Of a stretch of DNA of 64,000 nt, positions 13,015 through 26,435 are shown piece by piece. How positions within the stretch are numbered: the stretch's first letter is position 1; every line of letters starts with the position of its first letter. Position numbers and translations under genes: made by a program. Under the pieces are notes generated by a model, which worked only from the letters and a program-made list of their open reading frames with translations, was not told where the DNA came from and did no database searches. The stretch comes from Vicugna vicugna (taxonomy: Eukaryota), in NCBI GenBank assembly GCA_013265495.1, contig MU057711.1, positions 434,001 to 498,000 of the forward strand. The letters are read 5' to 3'.

Positions 13015-13330
13015 CCTGTTCATTCATTCAACAAATATTTATTGGGTTCCTTCGCACATACCAGGCCCTGTGTTAGCTGAGCACTATTCAGTGGCAGGTA
13101 ATGTGGTGTCCACGGGGAAAGGAGACGACTAAGTGGACAATTATAATCCTGTGTGATGGGGGCTACAGTGGAGGAAATCATAGCATCTGGACGATGAAGG
13201 GAGAATTTTGGAGGAAGTGATGTCTCAGCTGACCTTAAGGATTGGTAGGAGTTAGCAGGTTAAGAGGGACGGGGAGAGCATGGCAGATAGAGCTATGCAA
13301 ATAAGCAGGCTCGTTCGGAGAACTCAGGGA
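13015..13330 (-). mobile_element. L2 3' fragment
   Basis: cattcattcaacaaatatttattg is the reverse-strand L2 terminus. Confidence 0.75.
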
Positions 13331-16160
13331 GGAGCCCAGTGGCCGAATGTGATGTGCTCACATCCCATCCTGGATGCCGAGTGGGGAGAATCTCTGTGAT
13401 CAAGGTCAAGTCTGAATTTCTAGTAAAAAACCTTATGTATCTAAGGGAATGGCCGAGATACTTATCTTCTTTCTTCTAATTTTTAAAAGTCTTCTCTACC
13501 CCTCATCATTTTCAGTCTGGAGCCTGGGGCTCCCTGCTGCTTTCGCTGCACTTTGGAACTTTGGGTACAGATGGTTTCAAGTCACCAAGCTGTATCAATA
13601 ATGGAGTCGACCTCAGAAAGAAACAATTTTCCAAGATGAAGCTGAGCTTCATTTCATTGTCTCCCATTCATCCTTCACCTTGTAAGACTCTGAAACAAGG
13701 ATTTTCCTTACCAAGGAACAGCCTGTGGTTAAGAATTCTCATCGTTTTCCTTCTTCTTTTCTATGCCCAAGGCGGTTTCCTATGAAAGCGTGTGCACAAA
13801 GGAAAACGGACATCTTGCTGCCTAACTCAGAGGCCGTGGGTTTTATTCCTAACATTCAAAAAGAACCAAGCGCAGCGGGGTTCCCGAGAGCCAGCGCATG
13901 AAGCTCCAAAAGCATCCGAGGGTAGAGGTACCGCGTGTTAATATTAATAGGCTGTAGCTGGCTCTCTAGAGGAATTTTCAAAGGGCTCGTTTCCCTGCCT
14001 CCTTTCTCTTCCCTAGCCCTCACTGATTATTTTTTTTTTAAAGTTTGGATTGCTTAAATCAAATATAGAAAAAGCAAATTCATTTCTGGGAGGACAGTTT
14101 GCATTTCTCAAATTTTTCAGGTCCTCCTGGATTGGTGTTGCCACGAGGGCACGTTCCAGCATTTCTTTTCTTGCTTCTTCTCTGTGGGAAGAGTCTGTGT
14201 GAAGGGCAGATAGAGTCGGAGAGTCAGACTGGGCGTTTCGTGAGGAGGTGGGCATGTCCCCACAAGGTCCCTTTGCAATGTGGAAGGAGAGGGTTTCTCC
14301 CAGATTAGATCTGATGTCGAAGGTCTTTCAGAAATCTCAGAGTATTCGCCACTGAGGCCCCAATGTTTCTGAGACTGCTGTTTGAATTCTTTACATTCTG
14401 GGTCTTCTACATTATTTAAGACCAGAGCATAGCTTATGTAATGTGGTGAAATAAATCACAGAGGGGCCACAACTTTGTAGAGAAAATTCAGAGTGTATTC
14501 AGAAAAAGCTGAGCGATTTGTACAGGGCAAGGTTTTTGAGGGACGTCCAAATCGCAAGATTGTCTGAGCTTCCTGCAAGATAAGCTCAGAGATTCAATAT
14601 ATTGTCATTCGACGAACATTTATTGAGCACTTATTTTGTGCAATAGTTTGCAGGTGATTTAACTACCTACTCAGAAAATTCAAGAGAATAAGCCAAGTAA
14701 CTATGAATTCTCAAAAGTGTTTAGTAGCAACACGGCCAAGTACCAAAGTCACGAACGTGTTAATTAATGATTCTATATATCGTTAATAACCAATTAGGAA
14801 CATAAAGCGGATAGGATCCCAGCCACAGCGCAAGAACAAAGCTGAAAGAAGCACGAGACCTGTGACATAAAAGAAAAGCACTAACCTTCAGTGGACAGAA
14901 ATGCTGCAGCATTGGCCTGTTTACTTGCCCTTTGGCTAGACCCTCAGTGCCTTCAGGGCAGGACTCAGGCCGCCCTGCTTACTACTGCATCCCCAGTTCT
15001 GATCGCAGCGCCTGCTCTGGTGTGTGGCGGTCCCCGTGAACAGTTGGTGAATGAAAAAATTGGAGGAGGGGACCCAGAGCCCTGGGGGAAGGGTTTCGGG
15101 AAAGCGGAGCTTGAACAATACCTGCCAGACATCAAGATGGGAAAGCCCTCTTGGGACGGAACGACTGGAAACTCATTGCTGACTTTGGAAAGTAGTTTCA
15201 GGGAAGTGCCGGGGTCGGGGAGGCAGATGTCAGGCTGCAGTGGGATGAGCAGTGAGCGGTGAGTGAAAGACGCTTTTTGATTCTCCATAGGGGAAGGTTA
15301 GGTGGTGGGTTATAAGCCGTGTATCAGGAAAGGAGGCTTTCGAATGATGGGAGAGATTCCAACATGCTTATAGGCTAAAGGAAAAGGGCTTGCCGAGAGG
15401 GAGAGACTGAATATAGGTGCAAGAGAGGGGGTGGCTGAGAGAGGGAGAAACGCTGGGAAGTGGGGCAGGGTGAGACGCAGGGCACTGGCAGGGAGATGCG
15501 TGTCTGCGAACATTTGCCGTGTCTGGGATGCTCTGCTTCTACCCAGTCCTCCCGCGCTGGAGGGAAGCTCCACCGAGTGTGGTCTTGGAGGAGACAGTGC
15601 TCTGCCCAGGCTGCGGAAGCTGAGGGCCACGCATTTCCTCTTCCCTCCAGCTGGCTCCCAGCACCTGGGCTCGGCAATCAGACCCTCCCAGCTGACTTTG
15701 TATCTCGGCAGCAGGACACACATCTGTGTGGTCCGTTAAGACTCTTTCATGGCAGTGATGGCTGCATCCTGCCAGAAAATCGTGTGCTTCCTCTTTTTGG
15801 TCCTCAGGACCTGCCCTAAGTAGAAAGAAGCTTCTCTTGGTTCTGGGAGTGCTCATTTTCCTTTTAGTAATTTTGTTTTCTTTCTGTTTTCTTGATCTGT
15901 TGCTGTTGGTGGTTGTTTCTGGTTAAGCTAGTACCCATTTCTGTTACCTGCACCCAAGTATCCTTAGCAGAAGAAGGAGGAGGCAGGTGTTGTTGGGACT
16001 GGAAAGGGGATGTTCTGTGGACCACGGAGTCTAGCTGGTGAGGGGTAGGATCAGGAAGTGGGGAGAGGCTCATGCCAGGCTCTGACTCCTGTTCACCCTG
16101 GTCGACCTCTGTCATGTGAAACTGAATAGATTAATGGAACCCATAAGAATTGTTTTTAAC

Positions 16161-16657
16161 CAGTGTTTTCCAACCTTCAGTCCTTTATATACCACCTTCC
16201 CAATGTTTGCCATGTCCACACAGCACCCTATGTGTAAATGCATTTTTATGTGCTACCATAGAATATTTTCTTTAAATTGATTAGATTTTCGTTTAACTAT
16301 TGATTTAAAAAAATCATGATTTCAAGTGCAAAAAATCATTTGCTTTAATTAAAAATAGATACAATAAAACAAAATACTGTCATTAAATTCTAGATGGATA
16401 TTAATGCATGATGAGGGTTCTCATCTAGAACTCTTCCGTTGTTTAAAAAAAAAGATTAGCAAATGTTGTAGTGGTTAAGGACATGTGAACACCTACCTAG
16501 ACTTCCCTTTGGACTTAACCAGAGACACTGAAGCAGCAGCAAGCTGGGAGTGACTTTCTTACTCTGTGATTTAATGTTATTTAAGGTGGAGTCAGTGTAC
16601 CCTTAAATTATCTCACATCTCATCACTGGGGTGCATTTCCTGCTACGGGAAAGCAGG
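16161..16657. mobile_element. hAT-Charlie family non-autonomous DNA transposon remnant
   Basis: Starts cagtgttttccaaccttcagtc...accaccttcc...tttgccatgtcc, a Charlie-type end; the far end is degenerate. Confidence 0.55.
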
Positions 16658-19600
16658 GTGAAGCAATATGGTAAGTGCATGGAGGATGCCAAAGGGAGGC
16701 ACCAGAGCGTTCGTGCTGCAGGAGTATCAGGGAAGGCTTTGGGGAGGAGGTAGAGCCTGAATTCTGAAAGACAGAGAGGAGAGCAGAGGTCATTTCCAGC
16801 AGGAAAACACAGAAATATGGGGGTGAAAGTTAACAGTAGGGTTATGGGACAACGATGGACAGCCTGGCTAGAGGGCAGCGTTTGTGCTGGACCTGAGCTC
16901 ACAAAAGGCTGTTACCCCTTCCCATCCCCCACTCCACCCTTTGTGGGCAGGATCTTTGACTTTGTCCTCTCTTATTGTGACTTATCTCTGTAGCCTGCCC
17001 CTGCCCTTCGCTAGGTCTCGGCAGCCTGCGGGCCCTCCGCTGGCTTCCCGCCGTGCGGGGCTGACTCCACTCTCTGGGTCGGCACAGCAAGTCCCAAGCT
17101 GCTGGGAATGAGACTGCATGAATTTTGCGATCTCTGTGCCCAACATGCACTGTTAATAATTCCTCAGTAATGAAAGCGACTCCTTTTGTAAAGGCATAAA
17201 TAGGTGGACTTTCAAAAGACATTTCATGTCACTATTATAAATGCAAAACCAGCATCAGTTGCTATAAACATGAGACACCACTCTAAGATAAACGCATGAA
17301 TGTTAAACAATGCTTTCCAAGTGCCATGTAAAATCCCTGGTGAGGCGTTTATCCCGCCTCAGGAAAGCACTGGGCTAGACCTATTTTTGCTGGAAAGGGG
17401 AGAAGCTTTGAACCTCACAGCCTAGGAAGGGGCTTAGGAAGGATCTAGGCAGTGATTTGAGAGAATTTTTTTTTCTACCACTGAAGCCCTTTTGCCACCC
17501 CACCCTTTATATTTTAAGCTGAAATGATACATAAAGCAGCAAAAAGCAGGGCTGCTTTGGCTGAACCCTTTCACAGACCCTCCCTTGTTCCCTGGGGAAA
17601 CCGAACCTCCCCAGATACCCAATCCGGAAACCTCTCCGCAAGTCCCTTCCTCCTTTGGTCCCCTGCCTGCCTTTCCCCAGGGAGCAGGGTGACCCTCCTC
17701 CCGGCCCCATCAGCAGCCCACAACAGGCGCATGTGGGTCCCAGGCCACGCTCTGGGGGCGGGGTGGGGGGCTGTGGAGAGCCAACTCTGCTCAGTGACGC
17801 CAGTGCACCCCCACATCGGATAGCACCCCAGGCCTTCATCAAACGTTGACTGCTGTGGGTGAGAAGCTTGCAAATAACACCCAGGAGCCGCCAGCATCCT
17901 TTCAGAGGCACATCAGGCCGAGTCTCTGTTCTCTTTGATGCCAAGCACTGGGGAGGCTTTAAAGAGCGGCTGCTGCCTTTCTCTGCGTGCGCACTCAGGC
18001 CTCGCTGCATCTTACCCTCCCCACAGCCTCCCTGACGCTCCTTTCCTGAATATCATTTCATTCTCTTTCAGCAGCACACAAAAGCTTAATGCAGAGTTCA
18101 TTCTGTGAGCCTGACCTTTCGCTTCCCCCTTTGGCTGTGGCTCAAACACCACTTGCAAAAAATGTACATCTCAGCCGGGCCGAGGGCAATTTATTCTCCC
18201 CCTTCCCAAGGTCCTGCTTGGCTCTGAGCCACTGTCCAGCTCTGTGCGGAGGGCTCAAAGCTCATCAGGCCTTGGAGAAGCTACTGGTTGGGCTGAAACT
18301 CATCGCCTGGGCAAAGTCTTCAGAGGCAAACCTAGCCCGGTCCAACGGGGAGTAAGACCCCAGTTCCAGTCCTGCCACTCACTGCAAGACCACTTGGAAG
18401 CTCGGATTGACCTCCCTTATAGAGAAACAACTGCTCTTGGCAAATTGGCACGGGGTTGTGGTGAGGGCCAAATGGGGAAGGAGCCTTGTCAACCTGAAAA
18501 TGCTGTGACAGCGAGGGCTCTTTTCGTTAGGCACTTGGAAGCCCTTCCCAAGGGGTTGAGCAGTTTCATCTCTGGTGAGGAAGGGGGATGTTTTGAAAAT
18601 TGGCTGATTCTCCCCTCTCTCCAGACCTCCAAATGCCAGCAGGTGATTTTTGTGGAGGTAGGAGGTAATGTTTATGCAAATTGTGTCCTGATTAGATGCA
18701 GAAAGAAAAAAAAGGTAATGATTGTTGACTGCTTTTGGAAAGTTCATTTTCATCTGAGGGTTTTGTTTGCACATGAGATACACACAGGGTGATTTCCATC
18801 ACTTGCTTCACCCTGTCTTATTTGCCTTAATGTAATTGTCTGTTCAGATCCACTGATGGTGAAAATTGCATTTGTCCTTATCAGTGAAGATATTCTAAAA
18901 ATGAGAAGTTCAAAGAAGGCAGAGGCTTTAATACAGGGAAAGTGTGTTTATTTTCTTAGCTCTTTTGAAAGAGTCTGATCCCCTGGAACAGGATAATCTC
19001 TTTGCAGAACACCTAAATGGACGGATCGCCGTAACCCCTAATCAGGGAAGTTGCTAAAAAAGCGGCCTGATTCAGAGCTTCCCCGTCAGTTCAGCAGGGT
19101 TCTTGGGTAACCTTGGAAAATCTGGGAATGTTCTGAGAAATTCACAGTGTGTGCCCTGCCTTGAATGCAGACGTAACTCCGAGCTCTTCCTTTACCGGGA
19201 TGCTCGTGGTCGGGAATGTCCCTCAGCTGGGGGGACAGATAGGAAGACACAGAGTTTAGATGTGGGGAAGGGGGAAGCCCCTCGGTTTCCCAACCCCTTC
19301 CACACCCGTGGCCTCATCTGACCTTGACACAAATGAGTAGGGTGGGCAGGACAGGGAGTGTGACTCTCCTCTGGCCAAGGAGGCCCCATGGCTAGTTAGT
19401 GCCCACCTGGAGCTGCTTTCTCAATGCCTCCCATCTGGGTGTGGGTTTCCCTGAACAGGCTGCAGCTGCCACGAGAGAGGCGCGCTCGCCCGTCTGGCTC
19501 CCCTGGCACCGAGAGCATGCAGGCGCGCAGTGGGCACCACTGTTACCTTTTGAATGAGCGCACATCTGGCCCTCATCCCCTGACCATGGTCTCTGTAGAA

Positions 19601-20354
19601 GAACTGCAAGGTGGTTTGTGGGTACTTGGAGAATCATTTTTCTTAACACTGTCATTTTATTGTTCACATGGCAACTGTTAATCCTTTCTTTTTTAAAAAG
19701 CTGTTGAAAGGCTGTGACAGCAGAGTGTTCCCAGGGTAAGAGCTATTAGAGAGGTACCAACTGATGGTTGCCACTCGCCCCTGAGTGGGTGTCATCTCTG
19801 TATGGTGGGTGGAAAAGAGGGGAGAAAAGTCATCCTTCCAGAAGCCCCTGATCTAAGGCGGCCACGCCTGAGGTGGGCTCACCTGCAGGAGGTGGTAAGG
19901 GCACCAAACTATCAGTGGAAAGACAACTGAAGCCAGCAGAACTTTGTAGCAGCAAAGTCCTTCACCTTGAATTCTGCGTCTCAGGTGGGACAACTCTATG
20001 CAGGAACGTCTCTCAGAAAATGGGCTCTTCCCTGGAATTCCCTGAAGGCCTTGTGAGAGGACAGGAGGAGGGGCCTTTGGCAGGAAGGAACGAATGCTTT
20101 ACTGACACCAGGCAGTGGCATCGTTACCACTGTACCGGATGCTGTAAACTGGGACCAGCAAATGAGTTTACATAGTCTGCAGTGGTTTTACATTTTCGAA
20201 TTTGTTACTAACACATTTGAAAATAAAAGGATTTCAAATAAAATTTAGACTTGTAGTTTCTCTTGAACACTAAGTCCACCTTCTCGTGTGGCCAGTAATT
20301 GGTTGGAACTAAGTAGCTTTTGCAGTTTCTGGCAGTACAGTCACTTTCTGTGTG

Positions 20355-20765
20355 TGTGGCAGGCAATGTGGGTGCCCAGTCCACCTCCCCTAGGCCTGCC
20401 CATCCCCACACACCCCCGCCAGATGGCTTCTGCCCTCTCTGACCTGTGCTTCTTTCTCTTGGGGCTTTCTCTGGGCACTCGAACATTCCTAGCTCACCGA
20501 GAAGGTGGGAGAAATGTCAGGGAGCTGCGATGGATGGGAGTTGGTGGAAAAATCCCTCCACTGAGGCACAGTCTAAGTGGTCCCTGAGATCCTCAGCGGG
20601 ACTGAACCCCAGGTGCCCCCAGGGGGAACTGGTTACAGTAAACATGCCCTCATTGGCTCCTTTCCCTTCCCTTTCTGCCTGGATTTCCTGGGATCACCTC
20701 CCAATAAGCCACTTGCACTGAAATCATCTCAGGATTTGCTTCTGGGGGAATCCCAACCTTAGACG
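20355..20765 (+). mobile_element. ERVL solo LTR (LTR16-like)
   Basis: Starts tgtggcaggcaatgtgggtgccc; ends gggatcacctcccaataagccacttgcac...tttgcttctgggggaatcccaaccttagacg. Confidence 0.8.
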
Positions 20766-21261
20766 ATTTGCTTGACTCCATCCCCAAAACAAAGTAAAAG
20801 GAAGACCGTGTGGCTGAGTTGACTTGCCTGGTATTTCCTAGTTCAGTACCCTCCGAGATCACATTTCTGGTGATGCTCGAGAAGGCAGGTGGCAAACCTC
20901 TCTTCCAGGGCAGAATGGGCTTGGGCATCACTGAGCAGCATGAGGCTTGTCTCTGGGGTCTTTGTGCCTTTAGATGCTCCTCCCCGATGCCCTGGACCAT
21001 CACATCTGGATGGTTTCCCTCGACTACCCTTTGGTCATCTCAGTGCTGGTGGTGAGGAGGGAAGCCGACAGCTGAGCACCCCCGGGCCACGTGTAAGTGC
21101 CAGCTGCATCCCTTTGTCTGGTCAGGGAGCCCCTCACCTTATTTGAGGAACCACTTCTCACCTGACTTCATTCTGTGGGGGCTGGGGCTGGGATTTGAAC
21201 CCAGAGAAAGTCACCCCAAACTGAACAGACTATATGCCTTATTTCCTTCCATTCCCCTTCA

Positions 21262-21288
21262 TGTGTGTGTGTGTGTGTGTGTGTGTGT
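21262..21288. repeat. (TG)n microsatellite
   Basis: Direct reading. Confidence 0.95.
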
Positions 21289-21964
21289 ATAGAACCACAA
21301 CCCATTGAACGTGCTTCCTGAAGCTCAGCTAAGTGAGCTCCCTGCCAGGAACTTACGTGTGACCAGCCGGGAATTGAGGCATCAAATAATCCTTAATTTC
21401 ACTTCTCTTGAAATCTTATTGAATTCCATTCCCAGTAACTTTTCTTTTTGACTCACTCTTTTTGAGGCAGTTCAAGTGGAAAAAGAAATCACTTAGATGC
21501 AAGTGAAAGAAGCTCATTCCAAAAAAAGAAAAAAAGTCTTTAGCTAAATTCAAGGGCCTGGTGATGTTTTTGTTTTGTTTTTTTCACGTGCGTTATTTAG
21601 CACAATGATTATCCTACATGTCCTTTTTTATTTTAGGAACTGCTTTCTCCATCCCCTCGGGAGAGAGTTTTGAGCTCCACGGAGCATGAATTTTTTCATT
21701 TATCTAGTGATTACTGGGTACAAAAATCTCCTTTGGTAAGAGATTTCACCTTTAATGGTCTCTTCAATGAGCAGTTTTCTGTAAATATTGCATAAGCTTA
21801 TTCAGGGAAAAGTAGCGCTCTTGTCTCGGATCCTTTGCAACCCTGCTCTGATGACAGCACCTGCTGAGTCCCAGCTCATGGGTCTCCAGGACTGACACAG
21901 ATTCCAGTCCTGAGCATCTCTTCCTTGAGCTTCCTTTTTTTTGCTTCAGTGGCATTTCTGTACG

Positions 21965-22160
21965 ATCCTGGAACCAGACTCTGACATAAGTTTGCGTGTG
22001 TGACCTTGAACAAGTTATTTCTCTCTGGCTTATTTTCCTGATCTATTCAATGAAGATAATAGCAGAATCTACTTCATAAGGGTGTGGTGACAATTAAATG
22101 AATTAACACTCAAGAGTCTCCAACACATAGTAGGTCCTTTATATGTCAACTTATCATCAT
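21965..22160 (+). mobile_element. MIR SINE
   Basis: tgtgtgaccttgaacaagttatttctctctg...gataatagcagaatctacttcataagggtgtggtgacaattaaatga. Confidence 0.75.
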
Positions 22161-22406
22161 CACTCAACTCAAGTGGTTCTCAACTTCCAACATACACAAG
22201 CTGCCAAGGTGACAGTCCTAAATGTAATCCCCCTGTGTGGAATCCCTCTACGGCAGCCCAGATTGTGGCAGGCGGAGAATGTCCAAGGTGGAGTTTGCCT
22301 CCCACAGAGGAGGTATTCAAAAAATGCTAACTCTAAGTCTTACTAAAGAGCTCTTGCTTTCAGCTTAGCTCTTTAAAGAGTTTAAATATGCAAAGCAAAA
22401 CCCAAC

Positions 22407-22790
22407 AAATTCATTCCTTAAACAAACATGAGTGCCTTTTGTGTGTTGGGCACTGTTCTAACTGCAAGCAAAGGTAAAGTATTGAGTACCACAGACAAGG
22501 GACAAGGTTCTTACCCAGTCTCCTCTCATGGGAGGTGACTGAGAATGAACAAACAAATATCGCCGTCATGTGGTAACAAGTGCATGGAAAAAATAGAGAA
22601 GTATAAAGGGAAGGAGAGTAAAGGAGGTCAGGATAGGAGAGGGGGAGTGAAAACAAGTAGGATGAACTCGGAAAGCCTCTCTGTTGGGATGACATTTGAG
22701 CAGGGCCAGGGTGAAGTGAGGAAGTGGGGGGAAGACGGAGCCTTCTAAATGGAGAGAACAGTAAATGGAAAGGCAGAAGGCAGGCAAGAT
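22407..22790 (-). mobile_element. L2 3' fragment
   Basis: ttcattccttaaacaaacatgagtgccttttgtgtgttgggcactgttcta...gatgacatttgagcag. Confidence 0.7.
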
Positions 22791-24051
22791 CTTCTTGACT
22801 ATAAATCCCTTCCTTTCTCTCCATTATTTTCTCAAATTTCTCTCTAGCCTTGGAGGTAGAATTTCCCAAAGGCACGGCATTCAAAGAACAGATGGACTGG
22901 AGGGAATCCAGGGGTCAACTGCTTAAGACTTGAAGTCATTAGCAAACTCCCCGTCACTCACTGCCCAGGACCCGAAGGGGCAGATACCATTTCCCAATCC
23001 AGTGTCCTGTTTAGTTCCGAGGGTAGCCAGTCACAGTCTCGAAACTGCTGATTCGGCACATCAGCTAATTAAATTACTGCTCGTTGCTGCTTGCAAGGCT
23101 AAAGCCAGTGGAGTGATATGTTATGCTCTTGAAGAACGTGGGCAAAATAGCATTAGATTTGATTTTTCTAAAAAGTTGGGAGTGAAGTTATTTAATCAAG
23201 GTTGTGTCAAAGCTAGGCTCCATTTTCCCTTTGGTTCTTTTCTTTTCATTTCAGATATGAAAGGGTTCCTCTTGGAAAATAATGCAAAGAAACTAGTTTT
23301 CCTCCATTATCGCTAAAGTACAAGTTTTATTTAATCAACTTATTCCCAATCCATACTGTAAACTTGCTAGCAAGGCTCTTTTGTGCAGGAAAAGTCTAAT
23401 CAAATATAATCCATACTAGGGTGTAGCTGAGCTTCAGTTTATGCCAAAATCTCAAGGCAAGACCGTAGTCTGGGTAGAGACTTTGGATATAACGCTTCAT
23501 TTATTTTTTCGACTCATTCTTTCATTCCATGTTAACTGATCCTGATTTGTGCAAGATACTGTGCTTGGGGCTGAGTGTGCAATGAAAGAAAAGACAAAAT
23601 TATAGTTCCTCTTGCTCAAAGTCCTTGAACAGTGGAAAACTATAAATAAAAGAAATGGCTTGGTGCCACCAAATGTCATTCGTTACTCCGTAGAGATAAC
23701 CCCTCCTCCCCCTCGTCCAAACCTAATCTGGCCTTAAACTCTTGCTCAGCTCAAGTCTCTTCCATAAGGCCTTCCCTGAATACTCCATTTCTTACCTGGA
23801 ATTCGTTTTTTGTTTTTTCCACCTGAGTTTTCTGTGAACAATCTGTACCACATAATTTATGTTTATGTTTAGTTATAGATTGTCTGATTTCTGAATTAGA
23901 TTCAACTTTTTTGAGGACTTGAGTCACTTCTACTTCTTTGCCTCAAAACATCTACCACCTTTAAGTCTTGCATTGAAAAGGCACTCATTTAATTGGAAAT
24001 AAGCAAACTTAATTTTCCTCAGATGACCTGATTTGACTGCAAGAGTCTGCT

Positions 24052-24256
24052 TACATCCACCATCCATCCATCTTCAACCATGTATCTACCTTCCATCCAT
24101 CCATCCATCTTTAACCATGTGTCTACCTACCATCCGTCCGTCCATCCACCCACCATCTGTCCCTCTGTCGATTCACCATCCATCCATCATCCATTCATTT
24201 TTCCATCCACCATCCACTCATCTAACTATCCATCCCCCATCCATCCATTCATTCAT
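24052..24256. repeat. Degenerate (CCAT)n tetranucleotide repeat
   Basis: Direct reading; explains the His/Pro/Ser ORFs at 24033-24284. Confidence 0.92.
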
Positions 24257-26204
24257 TTCCCCAGAAAAGTTTATTAAAAGTTAGTTCAACTATGGCAAAA
24301 TCTATAGTTTTAAAATCCATTTACCTTATGACTAATATTGTCAGCTGTATCAAAGATGTCAAGAGGGAAAATCAGCACAGAGAGTGGGGATCGGAAATGG
24401 GAGCACGTGCAGATGACTGGCCTTGATGGCATGTGCTAGTTCCTCCTCCCCAGATATTCTCTTGTTCTTAGAATGCCTAGGGAGTCATCCTAGACACTTT
24501 CAGGCAGCAGAAATACTGCAGCAGTCTGGGCTGAGAATGACTTGCGTGCTTTCTCATGGTTAGTAGTCAATGGACATCTATAATTTAAGTCATCTAATTG
24601 CTTTCACATGCTTTGTTTTAGAAGCAAACAATTTATGCTAATATAATTGTGATATTAAAAATGGTACTAATTTAAGCTTTCTAAGGATACAGATGTACAG
24701 CTCATAACTGTTCTGTTATCATTAGTCACACACAAGAGAACATGACACAAAGTAGGTATTTTGTCTCTCGGCAACAAAAACAGCTTGAAAGAACAAAAGA
24801 TGGCATATCTGTTCCCTGAGGGGAAATGCCAGCCAAATGGGGTGTATCCTATAAAACACTACTGACAAAAGGAAGATGGGACAGAAGGAGACAGAGACAG
24901 AGGAGGTGGGAAAGTGAGGGGAAGGGGAGGAGGGGGTGAAGGAAAAGGTTTTCTGAATGGCTAAGGAAATAAAAGAGAAAGAGAAAGAAGCACTGAGGGA
25001 AAGAGAGCTCGCCATGATCTCATGTGGGAGAGGCTGAGCTTCTGGCTGGAAGGAGGAAACCCACCGAGCCTCGTGGGCTCGCTCCGGCAGGACTGCCTTC
25101 TCCACGCCCCATTCTATTCACACCTGGGCCACTTGGGCCACGGGCTCTCAGTACCTTCTCCACAAAACCACCTAATCCTCTTTCCCTCAGTCGGATGCCC
25201 TTTCCCCCAGCCATGCTTGCACTCCTCTGCTGGCTTACAGAACACAAGGCTGGCAGCAGCCAAACACCATTAACTGACTTAATGCCCTCCTCCACTGCCA
25301 AGCAGGTCTGGATCACAAAAAAGCTGTAGAAAAGCAATGTGACTATTCCATACACAGAAAAGAGGACCACTGGCATCTACGGCTGGAAGCTGCTGGCTTG
25401 AACTGTGTCAACAATTACTCCAGAACTTCCTTCCAAAAGAAAGCAAGAAAATGGTTTATCTGTTAGAAAAATAATGTTATTTATGCATTTATTTGAGAGG
25501 GAAAAGAAGATCTTGGTGGTATAGGACCACAAGCCCAAAAGAAAAAAACAAATTCTATTTTATTTTTTAAGGATTTGATTACCAGCCTTTGCAACTTTGA
25601 GGACAATGTTCCAGGAGACTCTGATAATTTGCTCAGAGGAGCAGGACATGTACTTGAGAGGCATTTGTGCAGCTTTTCTAAAAGAGAAAAGAAATGAAAA
25701 GGGAATGGTATGTTATTCTAAGAAGCCGAAATGCAAAAGAACTTAGACTACCTTGAAAAAGAAGAGAATGTTTGGCTTTGTGACTTGTTGTGTAATTATT
25801 TTAAAATATTTCAAATGATTACGTTGCTGAATCTCTTTTTCCTAGATGAGCTTGAGAAAAACATGTGAAAGTAATACTACTCTCTCTTGCTCCCCAATTT
25901 ATATTTATTTTACTAAATATAACTGTGCTTAGAGAAAACCCAGGGTTCTCTTTGAAGTTGCAGCCAGAAGCTTGAAGCCTCTGAAATGGCACAGAGGGGA
26001 AAGAAAACATCTTTGGTGATGGATGTACCCACAGCAGTGTCTGTCTTCTCTCTTCTCACGTTCTCTCCCCAGAAAAAAGTTCGCTAGGGTAAAGCGACCC
26101 AGTTATTTCTTTCTTGTTCTTACGGGAGTATCAGCCAGTCCCCTCAAATTCCCTTTCTCCTCAGCCAAATGGGTAGACAATTATAAAAAATAGAATCAAC
26201 TAGC

Positions 26205-26435
26205 AACAGCTCTGGGACTGAGACTGGAATCCCAGCTCTGATTTGCTGTGTGACCTTGGACAAGATAGCTAACTTCTCTGTGCCAGTTTCTTCAGTGACA
26301 AAACAGGGATAATCATTTTCATAATTCACAGGGCTCCTTGAATGTTGATGAAACCACTTGTTCACACAAACCACCCCCCCAAAACCCCAACAGTACCTGG
26401 TACACAGTTAACACCTGATAAACGTTGGCCATGAT
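26205..26435 (+). mobile_element. MIR SINE
   Basis: aatcccagctctgatttgctgtgtgaccttggacaag...ctctgtgccagtttc...cagtacctggtacacagtta. Confidence 0.8.

Noticed and set aside
24033..24284. His/Pro-rich protein ORFs
   Set aside because: Translation of the (CCAT)n simple repeat.
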